Origin: Bilabrum cf. latius
Lineage: Eukaryota
NCBI GenBank assembly: GCA_965178125.1
Contig: OZ237752.1
Span: 744,001 to 808,000, forward strand
DNA length: 64,000 nucleotides
Reading direction: 5' to 3'
The notes below the pieces were generated by a model. It saw nothing but the letters and a program-made list of their open reading frames with translations. It was not told where the DNA came from and did not search any database. Below are positions 11,948-23,697 of this stretch, in pieces. The translations under genes and the position numbers were made by a program. The stretch's first letter is position 1; the number at the start of each line of letters is the position of its first letter.

Positions 11948-13714
11948 TCACTCGTGCTTACGCTCGCCCAGGTGCACCACGGACATGTGCTTTCTCAGAT
12001 CACATGCCCGCCCGAATGACTTGCCGCATACGCTGCATTTGTGCTTGCGCTCGCCCAGGTGCACCACAGACAAGTGCATCTAGAAAAATTCCTGCCCCCG
12101 GTCCCGCGGACCCACTGGGCTTCACCCCGAACGACTGGTTCTTCACCGGTCCACCAGAATGCGGTATTCATCTGACACTACGAATGTACACACCACTTTC
12201 CCCATGCACCCGACTGGCCTCGTCGCCACATGGCTTCCTGTTCCTGTTCCCCGCCCTAGGGACCGTGTGCTTTGCTCCCAGCATCGCCACCTTGGCCCTA
12301 TCCTTTCAGCTTGCACGCGCCGGTCCTGGCCGACCTGCCGTGCGCCCCATCTGTCCACCCACCTGTTGGCCTTCTGCGTGCTGCTGGCCATGCAGTCCGC
12401 TGCCACCCGCGTCTCCCTCGTGCCTTGCACCTGGAGCCCCCATTCCTCCCGTTGTGTTCTCCCTGTTGACACCGCACTGTCGTCGCCTGTGCCGGTGTCC
12501 CCCTCTTCTTCTCCACCTCCTGTCCTCCCGCCTCGTCTTCCGTCTCACCTCTGCTCCCCGTTGCTTCAATCCTGATGTCCGAGTACATATAACATGAGTG
12601 AGCGTGCCTCCCCGAATGACTTGCCGCACACGCTGCATTTATGCTTGCGCTCGCCCAGGTGCACTGTGGACATATGCCTTCTGAGTGAGCCTGCCTCCCC
12701 GAATGACTTGCCGCACACGCTGCATTCGTGCTTGCGCTCGCCCAGGTGCACCACGGACAAGTGCATCTTGAGTGAGCCTGCCTCCCCGAATGACTTGCCG
12801 CACACGCCGCATTCGTGCTTGCGCTCGCCCAGATGCACCACGGACATGTGCCTCTTGAGTGAGTCTGCCCGCCCGAATGACTTACCGCACACGCTGCATT
12901 CGTGCTTGCGCTCGCCCAGGTGCACTGCGGACATGTGCATCTTGAGTGAGCCTGCCTCCCCGAATGCCGTCCCACACACGCTGCACTCGTGCTTGCGCTC
13001 GCCCAGATGCACCACGGACATGTGCCTCCTGAGTGAACCTGCGTCCCCGAATGACTTACCGCACACGCTGCATTCGTGCTTGCGCTAGCCCAGGTGCACT
13101 GCGGACATGTGCCTCTTGAGTGAGCCTGCCTCCCCGAATGACTTGCCGCACACGCTGCATTCGTGCTTGCGTTCGCCCAGGTGCACTGTGGACATGTGCC
13201 TCCTCAAGCTGGCCATGCTGCTCAGCACTTTCCCGCAGTCCTCGCACTCATAGCCGTCAGCTGACACACCTCCAGCTGCTTCCCTCCGCCGCCTCTTAGC
13301 CCTACCATCCCAGCAGACGTCCAATGCCTGCACATTCGAAAGTGTCTTCTGCCTGACGCGTTTCTGCCCCAGAGAGGCGCTGCTGCTATCGCCTGCCGCT
13401 GCACCTGAGCTTGCTTTCATTGATGGCTGCACCACCTGCTATGATACTGTGTTGCTGCTGCTGGATGACACAGACGCCACAGAGGATACGGGACTACATC
13501 TACTAGACCGAGGCTGGACGATGGCCCCAGCTAGATCGCGACTTGGATACCGTACTCTGCCTTTCGAATACACACCACGGTTTTTATGACTGCCACTGCG
13601 AGTCCTTTCTGTTGTTGTGGGGGCTTCGACATCACTTTCGCACGTGTCGCTCTCGCTGGAGTAGCTGTGGACGAGATCGATCACCTCCTCGGAGCTTGGA
13701 CCGGCTTGCGCCAT
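11948..13714 (-). CDS. C2H2 zinc-finger protein (9 fingers if the 513-bp insertion is removed; otherwise stops at TGA 12566 after 7 complete fingers)
   Basis: ORFs 13439..13714, 13085..13435 and 12566..13066 are in frame across TAGs. Repeats of 'HECSVCGKSFGEAGSLxxHMSxVHLGERK'. The array resumes in the same frame at 12079 and ends at TGA 11948-11950. Confidence 0.85.
11951..13255 (-). repeat. 87-bp tandem repeat array encoding near-identical 29-aa zinc fingers (interrupted at 12082-12594)
   Basis: Repeated near-identical units such as 'ccgaatgacttgccgcacacgctgcattcgtgcttgcgctcgcccaggtgcac' on the + strand. Confidence 0.9.
12082..12594. mobile_element. 513-bp foreign insertion inside zinc finger 8 (unclassified element or recently gained intron)
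   Basis: Removing 12082..12594 restores CTC AAG ATG CAC TTG (LKMHL), identical to sister repeats. The insert is unrelated to the repeat and pyrimidine-rich on +. On the minus strand it starts TGTTAT and ends GGTCC-GCG-GGACC...TTTTTCT, abutting AG. No clear target-site duplication or terminal inverted repeats. Confidence 0.55.
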
Positions 13715-14452
13715 GGCTATTGGGCAGTCGATGCTCCACGGTCGTAACTTGTATGTATATCAGGCCGACTGGCTGGCGGCTTTTCTTGTCCGAACGAAAG
13801 CCAGCGACTGACAAACAGAACGAGCTGGAAGCGACCTGGCACCCTGCAGAAGATCAGTATATTTCGCCCAACCTGGTCTCAGAACTCTTCTTGAGGAAGT
13901 CAAATACCAACGCCAAGATCGAAACTTCAAAGACGGAATGAGTTGCTCTCGAGTAGTCTACTCGCCGCGCCGCGACAGCGGAACCTGCTTGCGGCCTCCC
14001 GGCGTGCGCTGGCTGTCGCGCGGGGACGGCCAAACTGCACATGAATAGCATACAGAACTAGTTAATATAAGCAAGTGTGAAGAGAAAGCACCAAATCGCG
14101 CGCAGTAGTTCCAAATTAGTGCTCGGGGCAGACCAAAAGTCGGAACCAACTAATGGCGCATTCTGGAGGTGCGGGGACGGCCGCAAGCATATCATACAGC
14201 TACGGCTCGAGATGTATCCAGCTGGTTCGTCGTGATGACACCACTCGACTGCCGCACACTTTCAACGCGTCCCCCCGTGCTGCCCCGTGCCCATCTGTAG
14301 ATAGTGCTACTTACGGCTGCTGTGGGCCTTCTTCTAGTCAGATGGCCATCGGCGCGCTCGGAGATCACCCCACCACCCACGATCCGCAAGGCGCTCCATC
14401 CGTCCAGGACCAGTTCAGCTATAGTAGACACGGGCAGGGCGCCTGTGCAAAT

Positions 14453-15820
14453 TCACAATTTTGCTCTATCAATCATTGGCGTCTTGCGCGACTGGTTCCT
14501 CGCAGCGCGAGCAGCAGCAGCAACGCCAGAGGCATGTTGGCCTGTTCCAGTCGCACTCGCCTCACATTCACCATCCGCATCTTCCCCGTCTTCCTCCTCG
14601 TCATCTTCCAGCCCCATCGTCGCCATGGCCAGCGATGCGATGAGCGGCATCTGCTTGCCCAGCCGCTTGGCTGACGAGGAGGAGGCCACGCCGGTCGCGG
14701 CCCGCGCTGCGATTCCCTGCGCGATCACGCTGTACTTGAAGAAGAAGAACGCCTTGTAATACGACCAGCCGCCAAGTCGTGTCCTCGGGTCATCGTCGGG
14801 GTGCCGTACCCCGGCCATCTCGCAGTACTGCTTGAGTAGCTCCTCCTCCTCTGGTATGCCAGTCCCCTCCAAATCAAGTCCCTGCAGCCCAGACACTGCG
14901 CGCGACACGAGGTGCGCACTCGCGGGGCCTTTCCCAGCCATTGCTTGCCTACATTCTATGAATTTGCGGGCCGATTCGGAGGCAGCTGGCAATTCCGACG
15001 ACTCTCTCGGCCGAGCTGCCGCTGCGGGAGGTGCGGGCGGCAGCGGGGCTGGGCTCCGAGGCATAAAGTAGGCACCGCACATATTCGCCACATCTGCGAG
15101 TGGATCGCCCAGCGTGCACATTTCCCAATCCAAGACAGCGATGACCCTTGGTTCGGTGGCGTGAAAGATCAAGTTGTCAATCTTGTAGTCGCCGTGCACG
15201 ATCCGGACCCGGTCCTTAGGCACTCTGCGGCCCAGCCAGGACAGCATTCGATTCATGCCTGGTATCTTGGGGGCGTACAAGCTTTGCTTATGAGCTACCT
15301 TTGACAGCCGTGCAATCTACCTGCTGTAGTACCCCCTGCCGCTTCCTGGCGCCAGCTGGTCCAGGCCGACATCGCGAGGGTTGTAGGCGTGCAGGCGAGC
15401 AAGCTCCGCTAAAGCAGCGCGATACATCGCTGTACGCTCTGCGGGGCTAAGCCCAGGGAGGGAGGGATCGTTGAACATTCTGCCATCAACGAATCGCATC
15501 ACGTAGAAGTCGGTCCCGATGATTCCCCGATTCTCGCAATAGAAAAGAGGCTCTGGCACAGGAAAACCGGTTGGAAATAAAGACTGCAATACCCTGTATT
15601 CCCTTTTGACGTCATGCGCCGATTTTGGGAGCTTGCCGCTGGGCCTTTTGCGCAACACAAATCGAGCTGATGGCGTTCCTACGATGTAGGTAGGGCAGCT
15701 CTGACCAAACGAGACCTTGCTAAATGTACATGGTCCCACAAAGCCTGGAATTGACGCTCGAAACAACGCCACTACTTGAGAGCAGGTCTTCGCGCTTGAG
15801 AGCCATGCTTCAGTTGCCAT
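14453..15820 (-). CDS. Aminoglycoside-phosphotransferase-family (ACAD10/ACAD11 N-terminal-like) protein with peroxisomal PTS1 (~455 aa)
   Basis: ORFs 15317..15820 and 14453..15280 are in frame across one TAG. Motifs 'FGQSCPTY', 'FVLRKRPSGKLPKSAHDVKREYRVL', 'GTDFYVMRFVDGR', 'YYSR*IARL', 'IVHGDYKIDNLIFH..EPRVIAVLDWEMCTLGDPLADVA'. Ends -AKL followed by TGA. Confidence 0.92.
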
Positions 15821-16034
15821 ATTTTTTAATTGGCAGATTCAAGGTGCCCTTTGATGAGGATCAGGTAGCCGATACGTCCAAAGCAGTGACTCGAATTAAT
15901 GCCCCAGCATCAGTATCAAGCGCACGACTATACTTTGTGATAAGGGGTATGTTTGCTGGACGCAACCTGTTGCGGTTTGGCAAGGCGCATCGAATCGACG
16001 CGCCACGCAGACTCTTGATTCTTAGAAGCGTGGA
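15821..16034. promoter_or_regulatory. Short divergent intergenic region, putative bidirectional promoter
   Basis: ~214 bp, lower GC, between head-to-head ATGs at 15820 (-) and 16035 (+). Confidence 0.4.
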
Positions 16035-19000
16035 ATGCACATGTTACTGCCTATTTTGCTTGCAGCTAGTTCTCTGGCGCAATGTCCGCAACCCATGCCT
16101 GGAACGCTTGACCATCGTGCCGAAGATCGCTGGGTATTGAAGGGTAACACGTCGCGGGCATCGACTTCTAGGACTGCTGTCCAGCCATCAGATCCAGCGT
16201 TTGATTGCACAATGCGACAGCTTGCTCTTCAAGTAAGAAATAAATGCAAAATGTTCTCGGGAAAGGGGTGGTGGGCACCAAGTTGCAGCTTTGGTTCAAC
16301 TTCAATCTTTCGCAGTTCAGTATCGCATCGCGAGGGAGCCAGGGCGCATCTGTCGTTGCAGAATCTTTAAATTTGACGGATTCTGGAGATTGTTCCCCTG
16401 GCAAGCTCGAGTCCAACTCGGAGGCTGCGTGGTTGAGCCACGCAGCCGCGACCCGAGTCCTCAAGGCTCGCCTCAGATCCAACAGCGTAGCGGTGTACGT
16501 AGCCACCACCGGAAACGACAAGACGGGCGATGGGAGCAAAGGATCTCCGTTTGCAAGCCTGGCTAGAGCAGTCGAGGAGGTCTCGAGCCCGAAAGGCAGG
16601 GCGGCTCGAGCTGCGGCCGGTGGCCCTACCGATATACTGATGGAGCCAGGCACGTACTATGCCCCTGATGTGGGTACTAGAATTGGCCCTGAAGCTAGCG
16701 GTCTGAACGCTGGATCCCCGCTCAAGATCATGCCATCGACCAGCGACGGCGATGTCGTGCTCAGCGGCGGGGCGTACCTCGGCAAGCTGCCTTGGGCGCA
16801 GGCCGAGAGGGGATTCAGGCGCTTCAGCGGGCGCGTAAACGTTCCAATTAGTAGGGCACTGCTCGCCGCCATGGACCTGCCTGAAATCTCTTCCCAGTCC
16901 ACCCCGGAGATGGCCCAGCAGGTTGCGTCGGCTGTCTAGTCGTGGCAAGAGACCAGCGTGCCTTTGGCCGCCAGGCGCGCCCTGCCCACCGACCACAGCA
17001 TGTACGGTAACCTCCTCCGGCGCAGGCCAGAGGGCGAGGTACCCGGCGCGGAAGGGTCGCGCGCTCTGGGGCTCGCGGCCGATGCTACGGCGTGCGAGAG
17101 CCTGTGCCAGGCCGCGGGCCCCAGCGCGTGCCGGTCCTACTCCCATGTTGCTTTCGCTACGATCTCTCGAGCGGTTGCCTCTTTTGGTTCCTTCACCGAC
17201 CTTCACGCTAAACTCCTCGATGCATCTCGCGGCGGCCCTGCTGCTGGGGTGTGCATCGGCAGGTCGGATGGTGTGTGGAGTCCGTACGCAACCCCTGCTG
17301 ACCTGCTCGGCTTGCCCGATGAACAGGCCAGCAACGACGTGTCTGGCATTTACGTCGACATTTACGTCACGGATGTAGCGCCCTTGAAGAGCGGCAAGAG
17401 CATCTCAGGGCTGTACTTTGACGGGATCGGAGCCGGAAACCGCGGCACCGTGGCCCGGTTTCCCAACGGTAACGACACGCAGCCCATGCCCCTGGGGTGG
17501 GTCCAGGCCGATGGTGGGTGGCCAGACGTCTCGCAAGACGGTGCGGGCACTGGAAAATCTTTCGCGTACAACACAAAGGTCACCAGCAAGGGCACTGGGG
17601 AGCAGCTTTCGCAGGGCTACATCGCCGGGCGCTCTTCTTCGCAGACGTTCGCGGTCGAAGCTCCCTCTACCGAGCCGCACGCTACTTACGCCAAAGGCTC
17701 GTGCCGCGAGTTCATGGCGCTGGAAGGGGGCACCTTGGACCGGTTCAACTCTACCTACAACTACCCTTTCTGGAACTCTGCCGTGTGCGAGGGCATGCAC
17801 TTTGACAAGAGCAGCTTCACGCCGCGGTCGTGGGCCGCTTGGCCGGACACGGAGCAGCCGAGAGTGCACATGCGGTAGATGCACACGTGGGGAAGCTGGG
17901 GCATGCTGATTGCCTCTCGCACGGACAGTAACACCAGCATGGTGTTTGCCACGCAGGCCAACCAAGAGGCCAGGGGCGGCGGCATCAACAAGGTTGGAAG
18001 CGGGCACGGTCCTGAGGGCGGAGGCAACCCGTTCTACGTCGAGCGCGTGCGAGAGGAACTGGATGCCCCCGGTGAGTTCTACCACGACATCGCTGCGAAG
18101 AAGCTGTATTTCTACCCGATGCCTGGCCAGAACATCATGGAGAGCGAGTTTGTTGCTCCTGATGCCGAGGAGGTCATCACCATGCAGGGCAGGTACGCGG
18201 CCGGCAGCAGCGGCGGCTCCGACGACCTAGTTCGCTTCGTGGAGCTGCACAACCTGACGATCGCGCACTCCAGGGTGACGTACTTTAGCGACTTTGAGAC
18301 GCCACCGGGCGGTGACTGGGCCATCCATCGCGGTGCCATGCTGTTCATCGACGGAGCAGAGAACGTGACCGTGTCCAACTCGAGGCTGCAGAGTCCCTCA
18401 GGCAACGGTCTCATGCTCTCCCGCAAGGTGCGGGGCGCCGTGGTCATCGGGTGCGAGGTGGCCGACGCGGGTGAAACCGGAATTGCGGTTCTGGGTGCAT
18501 CCGACGGGATGGATGCGTTCACGCGGAAGTGGCAGCCGACAGGCAACCAGATCGTTGCGAATCACGTGCACCACGTGGGCAGGCTGGGCAAGCAGGCGGC
18601 TCCGATATTTGAGGGCGTCGCTGGGCACAATGAATATGCCTACAACACGCTGCACGACGGCCCGCGCGCGGGGTACAACGGAAACCCTGGCCTAGGTGGG
18701 TCCCAGCTGCGCTCCAACCTGATCTTCAACATGGTCTCGCAGACCTGGGACCACGGGCCTACGAACGAGTGGGGCAGGCAGGACTGGCTGCATGCTGCCG
18801 ACAACGGCAACGATGCCGGACTAAACCTATACCCGGCCCAGCAGGTATTCGCCGGGAACATGATATTGAATCGGAATTACGGCCTGGGGCACCCGAATAG
18901 TGACAAGTGCATCGACCTGGACGACGGCACGAGCGACGTGGCGGTCCACCAGAACGTGGCCGTGTACGGCGGCCAGAAATTTCGTGACGGCAGGTTTCGC

Positions 19001-19393
19001 ACGGTGAAGAACAACCTCTTTCTTTATGCAGAGACGCACAACGCGGACTTTTCGGTGGAGCCCGGTCTGTTCCTGGGCCCGATGTCGCCGTCCGTCAATG
19101 CTCACTACACTCGGTCTTCGGACGTGTTTGAGAACAACACGCTAGTGGCCAGGGGCGGTGCGTTCGTTGCATGCTCGTCCGGTTGGAACCAGGACAACTT
19201 TCCTGCTGTGGACTACAACACCTACCTCACCCCGAATGTGAGTTCCAAGCCGTTTTCTTCGTCTGGATGCTGCAAGGACTGCGGGTCGTGGGAGGGATGG
19301 CAGGCCCAGGGGCATGACACACATTCCAGCCGATCGAGCGATGTGTCGCTTGGCCAGCTTGTCAGCATGGCGGAGCGAGTGCTCGGGCTTTGA
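16035..19393 (+). CDS. Secreted right-handed parallel beta-helix protein (possible carbohydrate-active enzyme, GH141-like); exons 16035-16232 and 16316-19393 (~1,091 aa)
   Basis: Signal peptide MHMLLPILLAASSLA. Phase-0 intron 16233..16315 (GTAAGA..TTTCGCAG). 'VYVATTGNDKTGDGSKGSPFASLARA', 'VVLSGG', 'ARFPN', 'FYVERVREELDAPGEFYHD...KLYFYP', 'GGDWAIHRG', 'IDLDDGTS'. In-frame TAGs at 16937 and 17876; ends TGA. Confidence 0.8.
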
Positions 19394-19607
19394 AGCACGC
19401 GGTTGGGCTGGTGCGCTGATTGCAACCCGCTGCAGTACGGCTCCTACACCACCGCGCCCACCACCTCTGGGCAGCTGTACAGGTCACAGCCTTGATCAGA
19501 AGCTGCTGCAGAGCTTGCTTGAGCTTGTTTGAATATATAAATGCTTAAATTGTATGTGCTGCGCTTGCAAAAAAGTAAGTTGGATCTACGTGGCAACCGC
19601 AATCGGA

Positions 19608-22600
19608 TCAATCGTCTTTGCTGCCCTTGCCGCTGAGAACTGACCCTGCCGACTTGACTCGCTTGAGCAAGCCGGTGTGCATGTTGATGCCACCCGTGGA
19701 GCCCCGCCTGTTCCGTCCCTTCTTCAGTACCGGGCTAAACCCGGGGCTGCCTATATGCTTGGTCGGGGTTACGCCCGCCGCCACCGAGCTGCGCCGGATT
19801 CCTTCGAACAGCGTCTTGACACCACCGAAATGCTCGCTGCCCCTCCGCAGCCCCTGTAGCACGGTCTTGTTCCGAAAGTTCCTCCTTGCCCGCCTCTTCA
19901 TGGACAGTCTCAATACCTCAATGGATGCAATCATTAGCTTGGTGTCCAGCGACTCGCCGTCCTGTGCCCCGAAACCCACGGACCACTTGTTGCTGGGCAG
20001 GGTGAGCCACCTGATCGCATCACCCCTCACCGGCAGCAGGTGGTTCTTGATGCGGTCAATCGGACGGACGAGCAGATTCTCCACGTCCCTATTCAGCAAA
20101 AACGCGATCAGTCCCAGCAGGATGATGATCACGTGCGTCTGAGCAAAGGACCAGATGGCCTCTATCCGGTTGGAGGAGCTAACGTCCAGCCACATGGCCG
20201 TCTCGTTGGCAAGGTCGGGGTATATCCCGATGGGCACCGCCGGCCAGTCGGCCCCAGCGACAGAATGCATCGCACCGCCAGCAGCTGTGCCATTCTAGTC
20301 GATGACGGAGAGATTGCCGGCAAAGAAGCTAGCCGTTCCCAAGTTCGCTTTCTATGCAGGCAGAGTGACCTTCAGAACGTCGAACGAGCGCAGGGCATTC
20401 GATTCTGCCCTTTCTTCAACGTACACGGCACCGTGCACGGCAAAGTAGAGCAGGTTTGGATACCTGGATACCGCGTTTGACACTAGCTTGGGCTCTAGCG
20501 GGGTGCCCGTAACGTCATCCACGCTTCGCAGGGTAGCCATCTCCTCGTCGCACTCCACCGTGTACTCCAGCAGGGGTAGGAGCAGGAGGATCAACATCAC
20601 GCCGAGCATCACGTGAAGGCGGATCTTACTAGACACGATCCCTCCCACTCCGCCGCCATCAGCCCGCGTCATAGCTTTGGCAGTCTCAGGGTTCGCCCCT
20701 TTCGGCGTTGCGTACTTCTCTAAACGATGCACGAATGAATCATCCTCGTCGTCGTCGTCGCCATCGCCCGCCCTGGACTCGTCAGAGTCAGTGCTTTGGA
20801 GGCTCCCGTGAGCGAGTTCCAGGGGCATGGCACCTCCTTGATCCTGCGCCTCCTCAATCAAAGAGTTTCTCCTCTTCCTCCTGGTCTCCCTGCGCTGCTT
20901 GGCCTCTTTGCGCTTGTTGATGTCTTCCAACCGGCGCATGCGAAACAGCTCGCCTGCCAGCGGGCTGTCCTCCACTGCACTACGGCCGCGTCTCTTCTTG
21001 GAACCTGCGTCCTCCTTCGACTCTGATGATGAAGCCCAGCGCTGTATGCTTCGCTTGGAATCGCTTGGTAGTGGAGGCTTGCCGTTTCCACTGGTCGCCT
21101 GACTCGCCCGACCCCTGCCTACCTCCGGATCCTAGTCGACAGGCATCGGTGCGGCCCTGGTTGCCAGCAAACCATCTAAATTGTCAGCAGGGTGTTCCTC
21201 CACAGCACTGTACGCCGGTACGGACCCGCTCTTAGCTGTGCCAGCGTTGCCAGCTGCGCTTGTGACAGCTCCGGATGGCAAACGTGGAGCGGCAGCTCCG
21301 CTCGGCAACGCCGGCGCTGTCGCAGCATGGTTGGGAGCAGTGGCGCCCGCTGCATCGCCCGCCCCGATGCCGAGCGCGCGCGAGGCAAAATCGAGAAAGG
21401 ATCCGAAGGCCTACGACCCTTCAGCAGCCACATCAGCGCTTGCTGCTCCAACCTGGGACCGAGAACTTGATTCATCGAAAATGCCCAGCCTAGGCTTCTT
21501 GTCTTTCTTCGCCGCCTCCTTGCGCTGGGCCTGAAGCGCCATCATGTTGAGCGCTGACTTCATCCGCGGGGGTCGAGAGGGGCCCGTCATCGCGCTGCTG
21601 ATGCTGCCGAATATCCCGTTCATGGTCACAGACCTTGCCGGCCTAGGCGCTGGAGCCAGCTCGCCAAGGGCGAACTTGGACCGGATCTTGCGCAGGGCCC
21701 TGCGCCCCTTGCTGCCACGCCTCACCATGGACCGTCCGTTGCTGCCCGGCACGCCGCCAGCTGCCGCGGAAGCTGCGTGCACGTTGGAGGTGGGTGCAGA
21801 GCTCGGTCCAAACCGTGATTTCGACCTGCGTCGGCCTCTGACTCCACGGCCAGATCCCCACGTGCTTCCAGGGCCAGGAGCGGTCGATCGACCGGCTTCA
21901 TTCCTTCGCTTGCGGAACTCCTCTGCCCCTTGTATCCGCTTTCCCCTGGCTTTGTCCGCGCCGGAGCTCGCCCGCGATCTAGCGCTTTCGTTACCGTCGC
22001 TCGTGTACGACTGCGCCTCCGTGACCTTCTCCACGTTCACCTGAGCGAAGGCCCGGTCCAGCCGAGCTTGCTCCTTGGACGGGTTCGGATCCATCGCTCT
22101 CCATGTGCTGCCTAGAGAAGATCTGCTCTTCTTGGCGGGCTCCGCCTTCTCGGCTGCATCCAGCGGGTCTGCCTTCTCGGGAGCCGTCTTCTGCGCTTGA
22201 CTTGCCGCGGCCTAGTCTGCAGTAGGGAGCATGCCGCCGGCACTGCTGCTTGCCGGGCTTTTATTGCCATGTTTGCTGGCAGATGCACACAAGCTGGTGC
22301 TCTCGTGGTTCTTGAAGGCGTTGGTATCTCGTGACTGCGCGTCCGGGCGCGTGTCGGTGCGGTTGAACGGCCTCTTGGCCTGGGTGCTGCCACTGCCAGC
22401 GGGTTTGAGGGCGCTATCGTGCATTGCACCCTGTTCGATTGGCACCACTGCTGCGCGAAAGGGGCTCTTTGGCGATGGAACTTTCCCAGGCTGCAGGCGG
22501 TGCACTCCGCCGTCGCAATGTGCCTCGTGGCTGCCAGCCGACCCCGAGGAGGAGCTCGCACCGACAGGGATGAAGTCACCGTCGTCCTCCATGGAAGTCG

Positions 22601-23446
22601 GCGGCACGAAGGGATTTTCTCGGAGCATTTTGAACAGCCGGAACACCCGCACGAGCCGGAGCACCCGGAGTAGCTTGAGGAGCCTGCCGATGCGGGAGCC
22701 CGCGCGGGCAGCTCGGCCGGCCTGCGCCAGACTGGTGTCATCTCCGCTTGCAACACCAAGTGCGTTCACTAGCGGGGCCGTAATCACAGTTAGCTCCAGC
22801 AGCATGCTCGCACTCGCCAATAGATCAAGCCACCAAAACAGAGTGAATATTATCTTCCGGTCCCGGGCGGACTGTAGCGCCAAATCTGCCAGGAACACGA
22901 CAAGCGCCACGACAAAAACAGCCTACAACACCACGTCCCACGGATCTTTTGGCAGAAAGGCGATCAACAGGTCGTCGGCAGTCAGCACGACAACAGTAAG
23001 CAGTAGATTCGTTGCTACCCACCAGCGCATGTTAAGAAAGTCTTCGATTCGCTCTCGCTCGGCTGGACCGGCGACCATATAGCACGGACAGCATAAAGCT
23101 GCTGATGTAAACTGCGGTGAGTGAGCAGAGCAGCATTGTCAAGCAGCACATGTGAAGTAGTCCGTGATGACCCTTTCAGGCAGTCATCTCGAATTTGGAG
23201 TGTGCGGCGTATTGGAATTCGCACACAGATTAGGTCTTCAATGTTGAATAATCTAGGGGCAGTACTAGGGCCAGAGGCGCACATCAGGCCTGAGAGTGCG
23301 AGCTGACAGAATCATGGGTGTGACAACGGACTGATGCGACGGAAACATACCTTTGTTCGATCAGCTTCTACGGCTTGGACTACCACATCTGCAAGTCTTG
23401 GAACTTTTGCTGGGGATTTAGACACCTACTCGCTCGATTTCCCCAT
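19608..23446 (-). CDS. Ion-channel-like voltage-sensor membrane protein related to the TM region of protist adenylyl cyclase-alpha, no cyclase domain; exons 23446-23351 and 23111-19608 (~1,199 aa)
   Basis: ORFs 22212..22910, 21411..22094, 20352..20975 and 19608..20270 are one frame joined by TAGs. Phase-0 intron 23112..23350 (GTATGT..CCGCAG). S3/S4-like 'FWWLDLLASASMLLE...AGRAARAGSRIGRLLKLLRVLRLVRVFRL'; last TM 'AIWSFAQTHVIIILLGLIAFLLNRDVENLLVRPIDRI'; ends TGA. Confidence 0.7.
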
Positions 23447-23697
23447 TTGAGATCGTTCTGTACGGACGTTTCCTTGTCGGCACAATATAAAATCAGACAA
23501 GCACGATAGTAATAACACGGTACTACTATAAACTTGTGAAAGATGAAGATATAATTTTGCGACCAAAGGAATTCGACAATTCATATATTTGCAGTTCACA
23601 TAATGATTGGATCGTACTTCCATTGAAAAGATCCCCCCTTTGTTTGGCTAATTCACGTTTGAAGGCCAGGGCCCAAAGAATGTTGTTTCCATCCCCC
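23447..23697. promoter_or_regulatory. AT-rich divergent intergenic region, putative bidirectional promoter
   Basis: 251 bp, AT-rich, between head-to-head ATGs at 23446 (-) and 23698 (+). Confidence 0.4.

Noticed and set aside
11951-13255. CRISPR-like array
   Set aside because: The units are contiguous 87-bp coding repeats of C2H2 fingers with no unique spacers.
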